This document shows positions 21,481 through 32,456 of a DNA stretch of 64,000 bases, in pieces (positions within the stretch are counted from its first letter, which is position 1; every line of letters starts with the position of its first letter). The stretch is from Neophaeotheca triangularis (taxonomy: Eukaryota). The DNA is taken from NCBI GenBank assembly GCA_054600435.1, contig BAAIJX010000014.1, forward strand, positions 248,001 to 312,000. Direction: 5' to 3'. The notes beneath the pieces were generated by a model. That model was not told where the DNA came from and did no database searches. It was given only the letters and a program-made list of their open reading frames with translations. Both the position numbers and the translations under genes were made by a program.

Positions 21481-22650
21481 ATGGGCGATGAGGCTGGAAG
21501 AAGTGATGGACCTGCCAACGCAGAGACAGTCGAGTTGAGGCGGGTTCCGGATGGGATCGAAGGATAGCTGTATGGCTGGAATGTCTTGCGGTGATATACT
21601 GGGGCGCGGAAGGGAGTCGCATGCGGGTGGCGTCGCGACGAATGTACTACGAGGAACGCTGCTGGATGACCAGGTTGAGCTATGTCTTTACGATGTTAGC
21701 GACTGCTTTTCTGCGGGAGTTTGTGGTGTTGGGTGCTCCGATCGATAGCGCATTCATCCTTTACCGAAATCATCGAGCTGAGTCTCTTTTTTAGCTTTGG
21801 CCAAGTACATTACTCAAGGAACCTCTTGGCATTGAGCTTCTCACCACTGTCAGTGTATAGCCCGTAGGCATGAAAAAAGCGTTGTTGCAATCGGCACACT
21901 CGCTTGCAAGGGATCTGTAGGCCTTCAGTCGTTCATTTCACACGTGGAGAAAACTCACCAGTACCACCAGACCACACACACACACACACACATTCATTCT
22001 GCATCATCAAATCACGCATACGACAAGATCACGAAAAAACTGCACCGAGTAAAATCAGCCGGGTCAACTTGCACCGCGGGTCACCATTTGTAGCTGAGCA
22101 CTCACACCATGCCCCATCAACTCAAGTCAGTAATCTCGCAAAGGAGGTAGCAGAAGGTGAAGGGGCCCTAGACTAGATCAAGTCAGAAGAAGCCAACCCG
22201 TATCGAGGGGGTTTGCGCGAGTCAGTATGTTCGAGGTGTTTTTGGTTCGAGTTTTTGTTATTGGATATGAACCGCCCAACGCTATGCTAGACGGCAAGCC
22301 TTGCCCGTCAAAAGAAAGAAACGCCATTTTGTTGTTTTGCGCAAACTCGGTGAGTTGCCTCCCGGTTCTTGCAATTGTCTTTGAGCAGACGCTCGCCGCA
22401 TCGCGGATTTGCGGTCTTGTGTGTACATTCGATGAGCCTGGGAGAGGCTTTCGTAGTGAGCGTGCACGAGACCGCTGGCGGCGATATGCATGTTCAAGTA
22501 ATCATTCGCGAATGTGGGCTAGTTTCGCTCGATGCCGGAGCTATGGAATACTAGAAGCATTCAGTAGCTCAACAGGCTGTCAGTCGTAGTCAAGTCGGGC
22601 TTGCTCGTGCAATTGCTTCAGAAAATATCGTCTTTCGCTGTCAAGCATAC

Positions 22651-24775
22651 TCACATGCCGGGAGGGGGAGGAACCTATTCAACGTTAGTCGAGGGTTTCA
22701 CTAGTAAGTTTTTCCTGCATTTACTCACCGCGTTGTAGCCAGATCCTGGAGCGCCCAAGGCATCGTCACCGGGAGGAGGGGGTGGTGGAACGTCGCCGTA
22801 CTGCTGCTGGTGCTGCTGAGACGAGTCGCCGTAGCCGGTAGCTGCGCCGTAGTCGCCGTAACCTCCGTAGCCGGCTCCCTGGGCGTGGGCCATGGCGTTG
22901 TAGTCGTAACCGCTTCCTTGAGCTTGGGCGGGAGCCGCGTAGCCCTCGGCCTGCACTGGAGAGCCGGCCTGGCCGCCTTGCTGGGCACCAGCAGGGTTGA
23001 GGCCCATGGCGGCAAGCATAGCGCCGAAGCCACCAACGGACTGGTAGGGGTCCTGGCTCGGGTTGGCGGCGTAGTATTGCAGCCAGGCCGTGAGCTGTTC
23101 CGTAGTCATGCTGTTCCAGCCACCAGCAGCCGCAGCATTGGGGTCAGCAGCGGTCTGCGCGCCATACCCACCGTAGCTCTGCGCAGCCTGATCACCGTAA
23201 CCTTGGGCGCCGTATCCTTGATCGTAGCCCTGAGCCCCGCCGTAGCCGCCACGGTTGCCGCCCCCGTAGCCGCCACTGCCGTTGCGATCACGGTTCTGGT
23301 AACCGCCGCCACGTCCACCACGGAAGCCGCTGTCACGTTGCATTGGTGCTGGGCGATTCTTGAAGTTGTTGTATTCCTCAGTGACCTGCTGGAGCAACCC
23401 CTTACAGAGCTCAATACCCTTGGCGATATCTTCTTGCTCGCGGGCACTATTTCAATCACGATTAGTATTGGGTGATTGCAACTCTCTTTCAGGGTCGCAA
23501 CTTACGAGACGTTGAGGAACATTGGCTTGTCAACTTCTCTGCCGGTTTCGTTGTCGATATAGCCCGAACCGTGACCCATGACCTGGACTCTGCCGTTGCC
23601 GATCTGAGTTTGGATGTACTTGACGTTCTCGCCGTTGGGACCGACGATCTTGGCGCGCAGGTTGAATCCACGCTGGGGCTCTAGTCCAACGGGAAGCTCT
23701 TCGTTGGCCCATGGGCGGCGGAATGGTGGCTCACGCTGCTCAGGCTTCCTTTCCTCGGGCTCGCGACGCTGGCGTCCAAAGCGGCGTTGGTCGACAAGGT
23801 CAGGCAGAGCTTCCTCGATTTTCTTCTCAATCCTCTCAATGGCAGCCTCCAGCCCTTCCTTAGTCTTGCTGGTAACATGAAGATGGAGAGGCGGGTTCTT
23901 GTTGTTTACAAGTATTAGTATTGGCGCGTAATCTTTGTAGTAGAGATATTCAGGTACCTTTAGATTGGCCATGGACTTGTCGGGGTAGTAGTTTCCACGG
24001 GTGGTAACATCTTGTGTGAATGAGTCAGTGCGGTCCTAAAAAGTTAATGCTTCTTGTTAAAAATGGTGGCATACCGGCGCCGGTCTCCTCATGAATCTAG
24101 ATGTTACACCGTCAGCATACTGGGATCAATGTGGCATACTGGCTGCGAAGCCTCAATGTATCAATAGAGTCATCTTCTACGGGTCATTGTCCGCGCCCCG
24201 AAAGATGACATGAAAGTGAAGGCCTGAGTGCATTAGAGTGGTCGAGTTAAAAAGTGCTTTACCTGTTTCTGAAACGCTCCTTTGGTGAGGAGGTAACGGT
24301 TCTTGAGGTCATTGACTTCGATGTCGCGGATGAAGTCGCCTCCTTCGGTGTAGGATTCACCACGAGTGGCAACGGCGTTGGACGTAGTGGTGAGCGCATT
24401 GTTGACCGATGGGGTGAGGGGCTGTCAGATGGAATTAGCAAAACTTGCTTTTCGCCTGTGTAGTGAGGTTAAACTTACAGATTGCACGGGAGGTGACGCA
24501 GAGTGGCCTGTAAGACCTTTGCTCTTGAGATCGGCATTGATCTTCGCAGCCATGGCGGCGGCCCTCTGCTGGGGGGTCATCTTCGAGGCATCGCCGTCGG
24601 CGGCCGGAGACTCGACGCTTTTGGCAATGGGACTGCGCGAGCGCACCGTGCCATTGTCCTGGCGGGATGGAGAGCGAGAGCGGGTGCGGCTGTCGTGACC
24701 GCGCTGTTGCACAGGCTCCATCTCGGTGGTTCTGTCGAATCGCGAGCGCTTGCGGAGCACAGCCTGGTCAGACAT
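22651..24775 (-). CDS. KH-domain RNA-binding protein (KHDC4/BLOM7-like), ~7 exons
   Basis: Spliced motif DIEVNDLKNRYLLTKGAFQKQ|IHEETGA|DVTTRGNYYPDKSMANLK|NPPLHLHVTS. Second KH: FNLRAKIVGPNGENVKYIQ...VQVMGHGSGY. Gly/Tyr/Gln-rich tail; last 24-nt exon encodes VPPPPGM*. Confidence 0.85.
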
Positions 24776-25104
24776 GGCTGCGGATAGAGATAGTGAAGTA
24801 ACAAGTGTCCACGGGGTGCTTCTTCGCAAATAAGATGGATATGCGCGGGTAATACCGCAAGGTACAGGTGGTGGGGAGTGAGGAAAGGGTGCTCGAAGTT
24901 GGAGCTCGTGAAGTCGGACTTTGCCAATAGGTAAGTTAGCCAGCCATATGCGAAAGTCTTGGCGCGTGATGCACGCTTACCTATTCGGGACACCAGAGCT
25001 GGGGAGCGGCCGAGGTGCGCAGAAACTCCAAAGCTCTCGACTCACCTCAGCACAATCTCACGACAACAGCATATTGCACTACATCTAACAACACAAACAG
25101 CAAC

Positions 25105-26149
25105 ATGGCTTCCAAAAGAGGTCTCAGGACCCTCTCCAACACGTTGGCAGGTCAACCGCACCGCTTCCCCAAGCCAACCACTGTCCAATGGCACCAACAC
25201 CGCGCCGAGTCCTCCTCAACCAATGCCATGGCCTACAAAGCCCTTCACCGGCGCATCTCCCCCTTGCCCGCCCAAAATACCACCCCAAATGTCTCTCCCG
25301 CCGCGGCCGTAAGCTCCATCCTCTACGAAACTCCGCTCCCGTCGCAATCCCCACCCAAGCGACACATCCTCAACTGCCTGGTGCAAAACGAGCCCGGAGT
25401 CCTGTCTCGCGTCTCCGGCATTCTCGCCGCCAGGGGTTTCAACATCGACTCGCTGGTCGTCTGCAGCACCGAAGTCGCAGATCTCTCGCGCATGACTATT
25501 GTGCTGCAGGGGCAAGACGGCGTGGTGGAGCAAGCGCGCCGGCAGCTGGAGGACTTGGTGCCCGTGTGGGCGGTGCTGGATTACACGCAAGCGCCACTGG
25601 TGCAGCGGGAGTTGTTGCTCGCCAAGGTCTCGATCATGGGGCCGGAGTACTTTGAAGAGCTGCTGGCGCACCATCGCGAGATGACGGATATGCCGTCGCA
25701 GGGCCAGGTCATGGAGGGAGGAGAGCAGGGAGAGGATGGCGGGAGGCAGGTGGCCATGGAGCAGCAGCAGTATGATTACCACCCGAGATCGTTGGCGCCG
25801 AGTGAGGCATTGCGATTGAAGAATCAGCATTTGGAGACGATTACGCATTTGACGCACCAGTTTGGTGGAAAGATATTGGATATTTCGACGAACAACTGTA
25901 TTGTGGAGGTTTCGGCGAAGCCTACGAGGATTGATAGCTTTATGAAGCTGATTGCGCCGTTTGGTATTTTAGAGAGCGCGAGGACGGGTGAGTTGAAATT
26001 GCCTGCCTCTGTTCCCGGTGGGATTGTGCTAACATCTACTGCTAGGTCTCATGGCACTGCCCAGGTCGCCGCTGTATGGGCTGAACGACTCCGACCTCGA
26101 GAAGGAGGCGCAAGATGTCGTGGACCAGAGCCACTTGCCTCCCGGCTAA
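25105..26149 (+). CDS. ILV6: Acetolactate synthase regulatory (small) subunit, mitochondrial; intron 25988-26045
   Basis: ACT domain HILNCLVQNEPGVLSRVSGILAARGFNIDSLVVC. Splicing restores ESARTG|LMALPRSPL...LPPG*. Basic presequence. Confidence 0.94.
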
Positions 26150-26350
26150 GCAAGACTATTCTGCTTGCTTTTGTTGTAACAGACACTACGGCGCTTGGTG
26201 GCGGACTCAATCTGTATCAAGTATGGTTATTTGCTCAAGTAGAAGCTCACGCTTCTCGCATGCAGGCCAAGCTAAATTCGTCGTGTACCTTTGCTTATAT
26301 CATATCTTGTAGCGTTGTAGCAGACTGGTTCAGAGCTCTCACATTCCGCT

Positions 26351-27445
26351 TTACATTATCTTGCCCTTGTTAACCACAAACCCTTCAAGCGCTGCGACAG
26401 CGGACCAAACCCTGTTCTCTGCCTCCTGGAAGACCAAGCTCGCTGGCGAGTAAAATACCTCATCGCTGACCTCCTCCGGGTGCCGCGGCAGACAATGCAT
26501 GAACTTCCAGCCTTCCTTTGCACCACCCTTCTGTGCCATCTCCTTGGTAACCTGCCAGCCTTCAAACGCCTTCATCTTGGCGACCTTCTCTGCCTCCTGG
26601 CCCATAGAGACCCAGGTATCCGTCACGATTACATCCGCATCCTTGATCGCCTCCTCGGGCTGATTCGTCTCCGATAAGAAGGAAGCGCTGCCAGAAGAAG
26701 CCGATGTAATGATTTTCTGCATGCTCGATGGGATGCCATACCCCTGAGGCGTAGCCACCGAAATTTGCACGCCCAGCTTTCCGCAAGCTATCGCCAGATC
26801 GTAGAGGACATTGTTCGCGTCACCAACCCATGCAATCTTCAGACCTTCGAGGCCCAGGCTATTGCTCTTGATCGTCTGCGTGCTGGGAAAGGCTTCATGC
26901 AGCGTGATGAAGTCTGCAAGCGTTTGCAGAGGGTGGTAGAGGTCCGAGAGCGCATTGATCACGGGGACTGAACTGTGTTTTGCCAATTCTGCTACATCTT
27001 CGTGGCCGTTGACACGGGCTACTATCGCTGAGACCATGGATGAGATGACCACCGAAGTATCGTACAAGGATTCGTTCACACCGAGCTGGATGTCTTGCGA
27101 CCCCAGGAACATTGGATGACCCTGCATCATGGCTACGGCAGACTCTGTGGAGACTCGTGTTCGCGTTGAGCGTTTTGAAAAGGACATGGCAACTGTTTGA
27201 CCGAGAAGGGAGTTTTGGAGTTTGCGAGGGACGGAGCCGGATTTGACGGTATTCTTGTAGGATGCGGCATTGCGGACGAGGGTTGTCAGCTCTTGGGGTG
27301 TAAGATCGGCTATGCTGAGGAGATGTCGAGGGGCGAAGGGTGAGGTCTGAGGTGTAGCTGGAGACGAGTAGTAGCGGGTCGCAGGCGAGGTCTTGAGAGA
27401 TCGCATGCAATTGTTTGCTGGGCGGAGGAGTCTGTTGGAAGCCAT
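26351..27445 (-). CDS. ARG3: Ornithine carbamoyltransferase with mitochondrial-type presequence (argB/arg-12 orthologue)
   Basis: Carbamoyl-phosphate motif SKRSTRTR, plus HPLQ, DTWVSMG and FMHCLPR. Confidence 0.96.
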   Translation of the reverse strand: MASNRLLRPANNCMRSLKTSPATRYYSSPATPQTSPFAPRHLLSIADLTPQELTTLVRNAASYKNTVKSGSVPRKLQNSLLGQTVAMSFSKRSTRTRVSTESAVAMMQGHPMFLGSQDIQLGVNESLYDTSVVISSMVSAIVARVNGHEDVAELAKHSSVPVINALSDLYHPLQTLADFITLHEAFPSTQTIKSNSLGLEGLKIAWVGDANNVLYDLAIACGKLGVQISVATPQGYGIPSSMQKIITSASSGSASFLSETNQPEEAIKDADVIVTDTWVSMGQEAEKVAKMKAFEGWQVTKEMAQKGGAKEGWKFMHCLPRHPEEVSDEVFYSPASLVFQEAENRVWSAVAALEGFVVNKGKIM

Positions 27446-27529
27446 TGTCGCGGTGATATGTGCTAGTTGTTTTGGAGAGAGGAAGTTGTAAGGTCTCGAG
27501 GTCGAATGGTGACTTTATTGGCAGGATCG

Positions 27530-27549
27530 TGACTCGACAATATGAGTAA
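27530..27549. promoter_or_regulatory. Two Gcn4/CpcA-like sites upstream of ARG3 (TGACTC 27530-35; TGAGTAA 27543-49)
   Basis: Near-consensus sites 85-105 nt upstream of the ARG3 ATG. Confidence 0.4.
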
Positions 27550-27968
27550 CGCGAAAAAGAGCATGTAGTAATGGTCGAGACGTGTGAGCAAACATGCAAG
27601 CGTGAAGCCGCAGTCAGCACTTAGCGCCCTTTTCCACGTGCCTTTCCCAAAACAGTCATGCCCGGTCGAGCTTCATCCCGAGTCCACCCCCCGCACTGTG
27701 CCGCATTCGGGCGTGGCCCTGAAACTGCCCAGGTGGAGAGACGGCTGCCTTGTACTAGGTTACAGGGCTACCTAGGTATCTTACATCATCTACCTACTTA
27801 TCGCATCTTGCCTAGCCAGACTCCGGACCAGACTATCTCTCCTACATTCACCTCAGTTCTCTACCTGACTTGAAACATTCCATCATCCACCTTGGCTCAA
27901 TCCTGAATGACTGCGATTTGACCCCCACCGACTTCTGAAGAACGGGTACCTCAAGAACCACCGTCACC

Positions 27969-30900
27969 ATGGCCGCCAATGGCGAGTCGGACAACATGAG
28001 AGCAATGGGCTCGTCCGACTCGGAGGTGGCGAGAACAAGCACATCGAAGAGTACTTACCAATCCGCCGAGTCCAGCTCAAAGACGTTCCATTCGACGCAC
28101 TCCTTCCAGTCCGAGGGCCAGCAATCGCGCTCCTCGTCTTCGCAGTTCTTCCAATCAGGAGGCCAAAGCGGAGACTTTATGTCATCCCAGTCTTTTCAAC
28201 ATGGTGGGCAAATAGGCGATGCGATGCAATCACATTTCTCCGAACAGGGCCAGCGCAAAGGGCAAACAGATCGCACATCGTCGTCCCAGTCCACCCAGCA
28301 CGCGTCACAGCAGGGGATTGCCTACGACGACAACTCTCGCCAAGGATCAAGCCAGCGGCGCATTGACCAGCTTCCACCACCAGATGAAGAGGATGTTGAG
28401 CGGGAGCCTGCGTCAGAAAGAACACCTTTGATACCTCGAGATGGTGATGCGACCGAAGCGCCAGACCAGAGTCGTTCGGACACATCAGCACACTTCCTTC
28501 TTAGCAAGGTCAACCATGACAACAGCAAGGGATCAAAACGAAGATGGCCAAGTCTCGTGGCTCTTGTACTGCTATGCATCGTCGTGGTGCTGATCCTGGT
28601 CTTTGCGTTCCTGACACCTTCAATGGTGCAGGAGTATGCGCAACAGGCCGTTGTTTTTGAACCGACTAGTCTGTCGATTGACTCTTTTACGTCCTCTGGA
28701 GTCCGTGCCCGGATTCAGGGTGACTTTACAATGGATGCCAGCAGGGTTGAGAAGAAATCGGTACGAGACTTTGGCAAGTTTGGGACGTACATTGCGCGAG
28801 AAGTGGAGAGTGGAGAAAGCGATGTCAAGGTCTCGCTACCCGAGTATGGCAATGTTATGCTTGGAACAGCGCAAATTCCGAGTATCAAGGTCAACATTCG
28901 TAACGGGCATACGACTCATGTGGACTTTCTCAGCGACCTGGAACCTGGAGACGTGGGAGGGATCCGCAAGATTGCAAATGATTGGATAGATGGTAGACTG
29001 GGTCAGCTTAGGGTTGTTGGAAAGGCATCTGTCCCAATTAAGTCCGGGATGCTCAGTTTTGGAACGCAAAACGTAATCCACGAGCTGCTTTTCTCGAACA
29101 AGGACATACCGGCTATACCTTCGTACGAGATTGGGAAGCTCAACGTACGGGAGGTTACCATTCCTACCGGCAAGGGCATGGCTGCTGAGGTCTCATTGGC
29201 CGTCAAAAATGAGTATCCGGTAGAGTTTATGATTCCTCCACTTGGTTTCGGTATACTGGTAGATGGCTGTGCTGAGAGCCAGCCGCAGATAATGATCGCA
29301 GACGCTACGACGGACTCGATTCACGTTCGCCCGGAGCAGGATCTCGAGCTCAATGTGACGGGTATTGTCCGCCAATTGCCTGACAACTTCACGCACGAGT
29401 GCCCTGGCAAAGGCTACTCTCCAATGGACACGCTTCTGGGTCGCTACATCAATGGCAAAGAGAACACAATTTATGTACGAGGGTCGGATGCACCCTCTAG
29501 CGAGACACCCCGATGGGTCAATGACCTGATGAGGGACATCACAGTCCCTGTGCCCCTCCCAGGCCGCACATTCGGCCATCTGATCAGAAACTTCTCCATG
29601 ACGGAAACGCACTTCTCATTGCCTGACCCATTGTCCGACCCCAAATCACCCGAATCGAACCCTCGTATCAGCTCCAAGATCCAGGCGCTGGTCTCTCTTC
29701 CTGAGGAGATGAACTTTAATGTTTCCGTTGGCCGTGTCCGCGCTGCCGCCGAAGTCTTCTTTCACGGCAAGAAGCTGGGAAACCTGGATTTGCACAAGTG
29801 GCAGCAGGCTAACAGTACACGCATCGACAAAACAGAAGACGAAGGCCCTACGTTGAAGGTGGAGAGTTTGGTAGATCAAGCACCGCTCGACGTCACTGAT
29901 TCAGACGTCTTCACCGACGTCCTGCAAGCCGTGCTTTTTGGTGGCGAGGAGGTGCAACTTCATATCAAAGCAGATGTCGATGTGGAGCTAGAGACGGCCG
30001 CACTTGGCGCTGTCAGAGTGAGAGATATACCCGCGGAAGGAGAGGTTCCGATCAAACGTAGGTATCGTCCCGTTGACGACTAAGGCCGCATCATGTGAGC
30101 TCATGCATATTTGATACCAGAGTAGATAGCTAAATCGACATCACTTTCAGCCATCCGCAAGCCCCAACCTCCTCCAGATGGTGATGACGCTCCTGGCGAG
30201 CCTGGCAATGTCCCACCATCACTCCGTCCCACGATGCACGACCTGCGCATTGAGTCCACGACCCACGATTCCCTCACCCTAACAGCCCTGGTCAACATGA
30301 CCAACCCAACCAACTACAGCGCGACCGTCCCCTACATCAACCTCAACATCCTTACAAACAACACCCTCCTCGGCCACGCCATCGCCCGCAACCTCACCAT
30401 CCTCCCGGGCCAAAACGACAACCTTCCCGTCTCCGCAATATGGTCCCCAACCTCTAGCCCGGAAAGCAAAGCCATGGGGAGCGAGTTCCTGAGCCAGTAC
30501 ATTTCTGGTTACAACACGACGTTAACAATCCAAACCCACGCCGACAGCATCCCACACCAGCCCGCCTTGGGCGAAGCTCTAGCAAAATTCAACATCACGC
30601 TCCCAACCCCCTCCCTCCGCTCTACCCCACCCTCCGACCCATCCCATCCCGAGCCCCCGGAAAAAGAAGGCCCCCACTTCCTCAACGACGCCACCTTCCA
30701 CCTACTCACCAGCTCGGCAACCTTCATCCTGCTCTCCCCACTGCACTACTCGACCCTCCTTATCACCGACCTCAACGCCACGGCCTACTACAAAGGCTCG
30801 CCAGCGGGTCAAATCCTCTACGACTTGCCGTTTATGGTGCCGCCGGTGGATGAGCACGGCAATGGCGCTTTGACGCCGCGTCTGCCCGTTGATTGGAGTT

Positions 30901-31049
30901 TGGGGAGCGTGGGGTATGATGCTGTGAAGAATGCGCTGGGTGGGACGCTGAGGTTGAGTGCGTATGCTGAGGTCGGGGTGGGGATTGGGCATTGGAGGGA
31001 GAGGGTTTGGTTTAGGGGCGGAGGGTTGGGGGCCAAGGTTAGATTGTGA
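27969..31049 (+). CDS. Type II membrane protein, Tag1/DUF3712-like; intron ~30058-30129
   Basis: Cytosolic ERTPLI dileucine-type motif, a single TM (WPSLVALVLLCIVVVLILVFAF), then repeated beta-rich LEA2-like segments (NMTNPTNYSATVPY). ORFs 27969-30083 and 30234-31049 join through a GTAGGT..TAG intron. Confidence 0.75.
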
Positions 31050-32309
31050 GTGGGATGGGGTTGCATAGGGAGTGACTGGTTCGGCTTGGAAGGCGTGCGA
31101 TTTTCCAGTGTTTGGAGCGGTTCGTAGGAATTCTGGTGTATGGTGTCTATATGTGTTTTCTATTTCTATTACGTATTGACTGTCGACAGGGGAGTAAAGT
31201 TCTGGCCGACCGCTTGCCGATTTCTTGTTTCTACTGCTCGATCGTATTCACGCGAAACCACAAGGACCTTGCAGTCTGCAGTCCTGGGATGTTGGAAGCC
31301 AACCCTTCAAATCTTCCCCGACCGCCCGGAAGCATTTTCCAGAAGCAGTATCCACCCTGCTTCTCCCACAAAAATCTGTTTCCCTCTCTTCGTCGCGGCA
31401 GGCCGCCTGTTGGGAAGAAGTTGGGAGCGCTCTGAGACTGACCCGAGAACCCGACAATGCGTCCTTCAAGTCATAAAAAACGCCCGCCCTGGTAGCCCGT
31501 TGTGCCAGGCTACTACTCACGCAGACGAATGTTGAGGTGCGCGAAAAGAGCGACCTCCCTCCAGATCCTCGTTCCGTGCTCACCGCAGTCCGGGGGCGTG
31601 GTACAAGCCTCAGCGGCGAAGATTGGAGAAACAAGGCAACTCCCACGTGCCACCATCAACACCATGGTTTGGCATCGGCGTCGTCTCTTATCAGCACCAC
31701 CGATACGTGTAGTGGAAACGACAGACGGTGGAGAAGCGCTCCAGATCCAGTCGCCTTATCTCCTGGAGCCTTCCTAGGAGGTAGCGGCGTCCCGGCTCTG
31801 TGATCTATCGTGCTTTCGCCGGATGCATGTGTATGTGCAGCCGACTCGTGAGGCCCACGTCGTTGTCTTGCGGACCGTGGAGGCCGATGGATTGCCCTTG
31901 CGGATTAGTAAGAGGGCATAGTAACCTAAGCGTTTGTTGTTCAGCCGGGTTTACTTGTAGTCTTGTCAGGGATGCCGTTGTTTCACGTGTTATCGTCGTT
32001 CATTTCATTGGGCGAATTTGTTCATGCTCTCGTACTGTTCGAGGTCGACGACTCCGCTTGAACTGCGCCTAGGCTCCGCTTAAGCATGTTGTTCAGTTAG
32101 ATTGGGAGCGGGCCCTTCTGTTGCACTTGTACGGCATAGCTACATGGTATGTGGTATGTGGTCTCTCATGGATCAACACAAACACTGACCCTGAGTCACG
32201 TGTTTCTGGACTAGCGTGCTGGAACATGCCAGCACGCTAGTAATCCGACACAACAGTAAAACTCGACGTCGATTCCAACCAGCTTCCTCTCCTTCCTTCT
32301 CTCCTCCCC

Positions 32310-32456
32310 ATACTTACCTTGTCAGCCTGTGGGCGCTCACGCATGCCTTCCAGGTGCGAGGACTCTCTGCATTGCACAGCGCGGTAGAGTCTTCGCATGA
32401 GTCTCCTTCGGGGGCCTCACTGGCGGAATTTTTGATGGTTCACCACTTTTCATCAA
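32310..32456 (+). ncRNA. U1 spliceosomal snRNA
   Basis: 5' ATACTTACCT. Helix H (32319-25/32420-26). Stem I with loop CTCACGCA. Stem II TGCGAGGACTCT/AGAGTCTTCGCA enclosing the U1A site ATTGCAC (32371-77). Stem III with a cTTCGg tetraloop. Sm site AATTTTTG (32427-34). 3' stem TTGATG/CATCAA. All elements are in canonical order. Confidence 0.87.

Noticed and set aside
25988..26373. 452-aa ILV6 ORF overlapping ARG3
   Set aside because: Caused by reading through intron 25988-26045; the spliced CDS stops at 26149, so there is no overlap.
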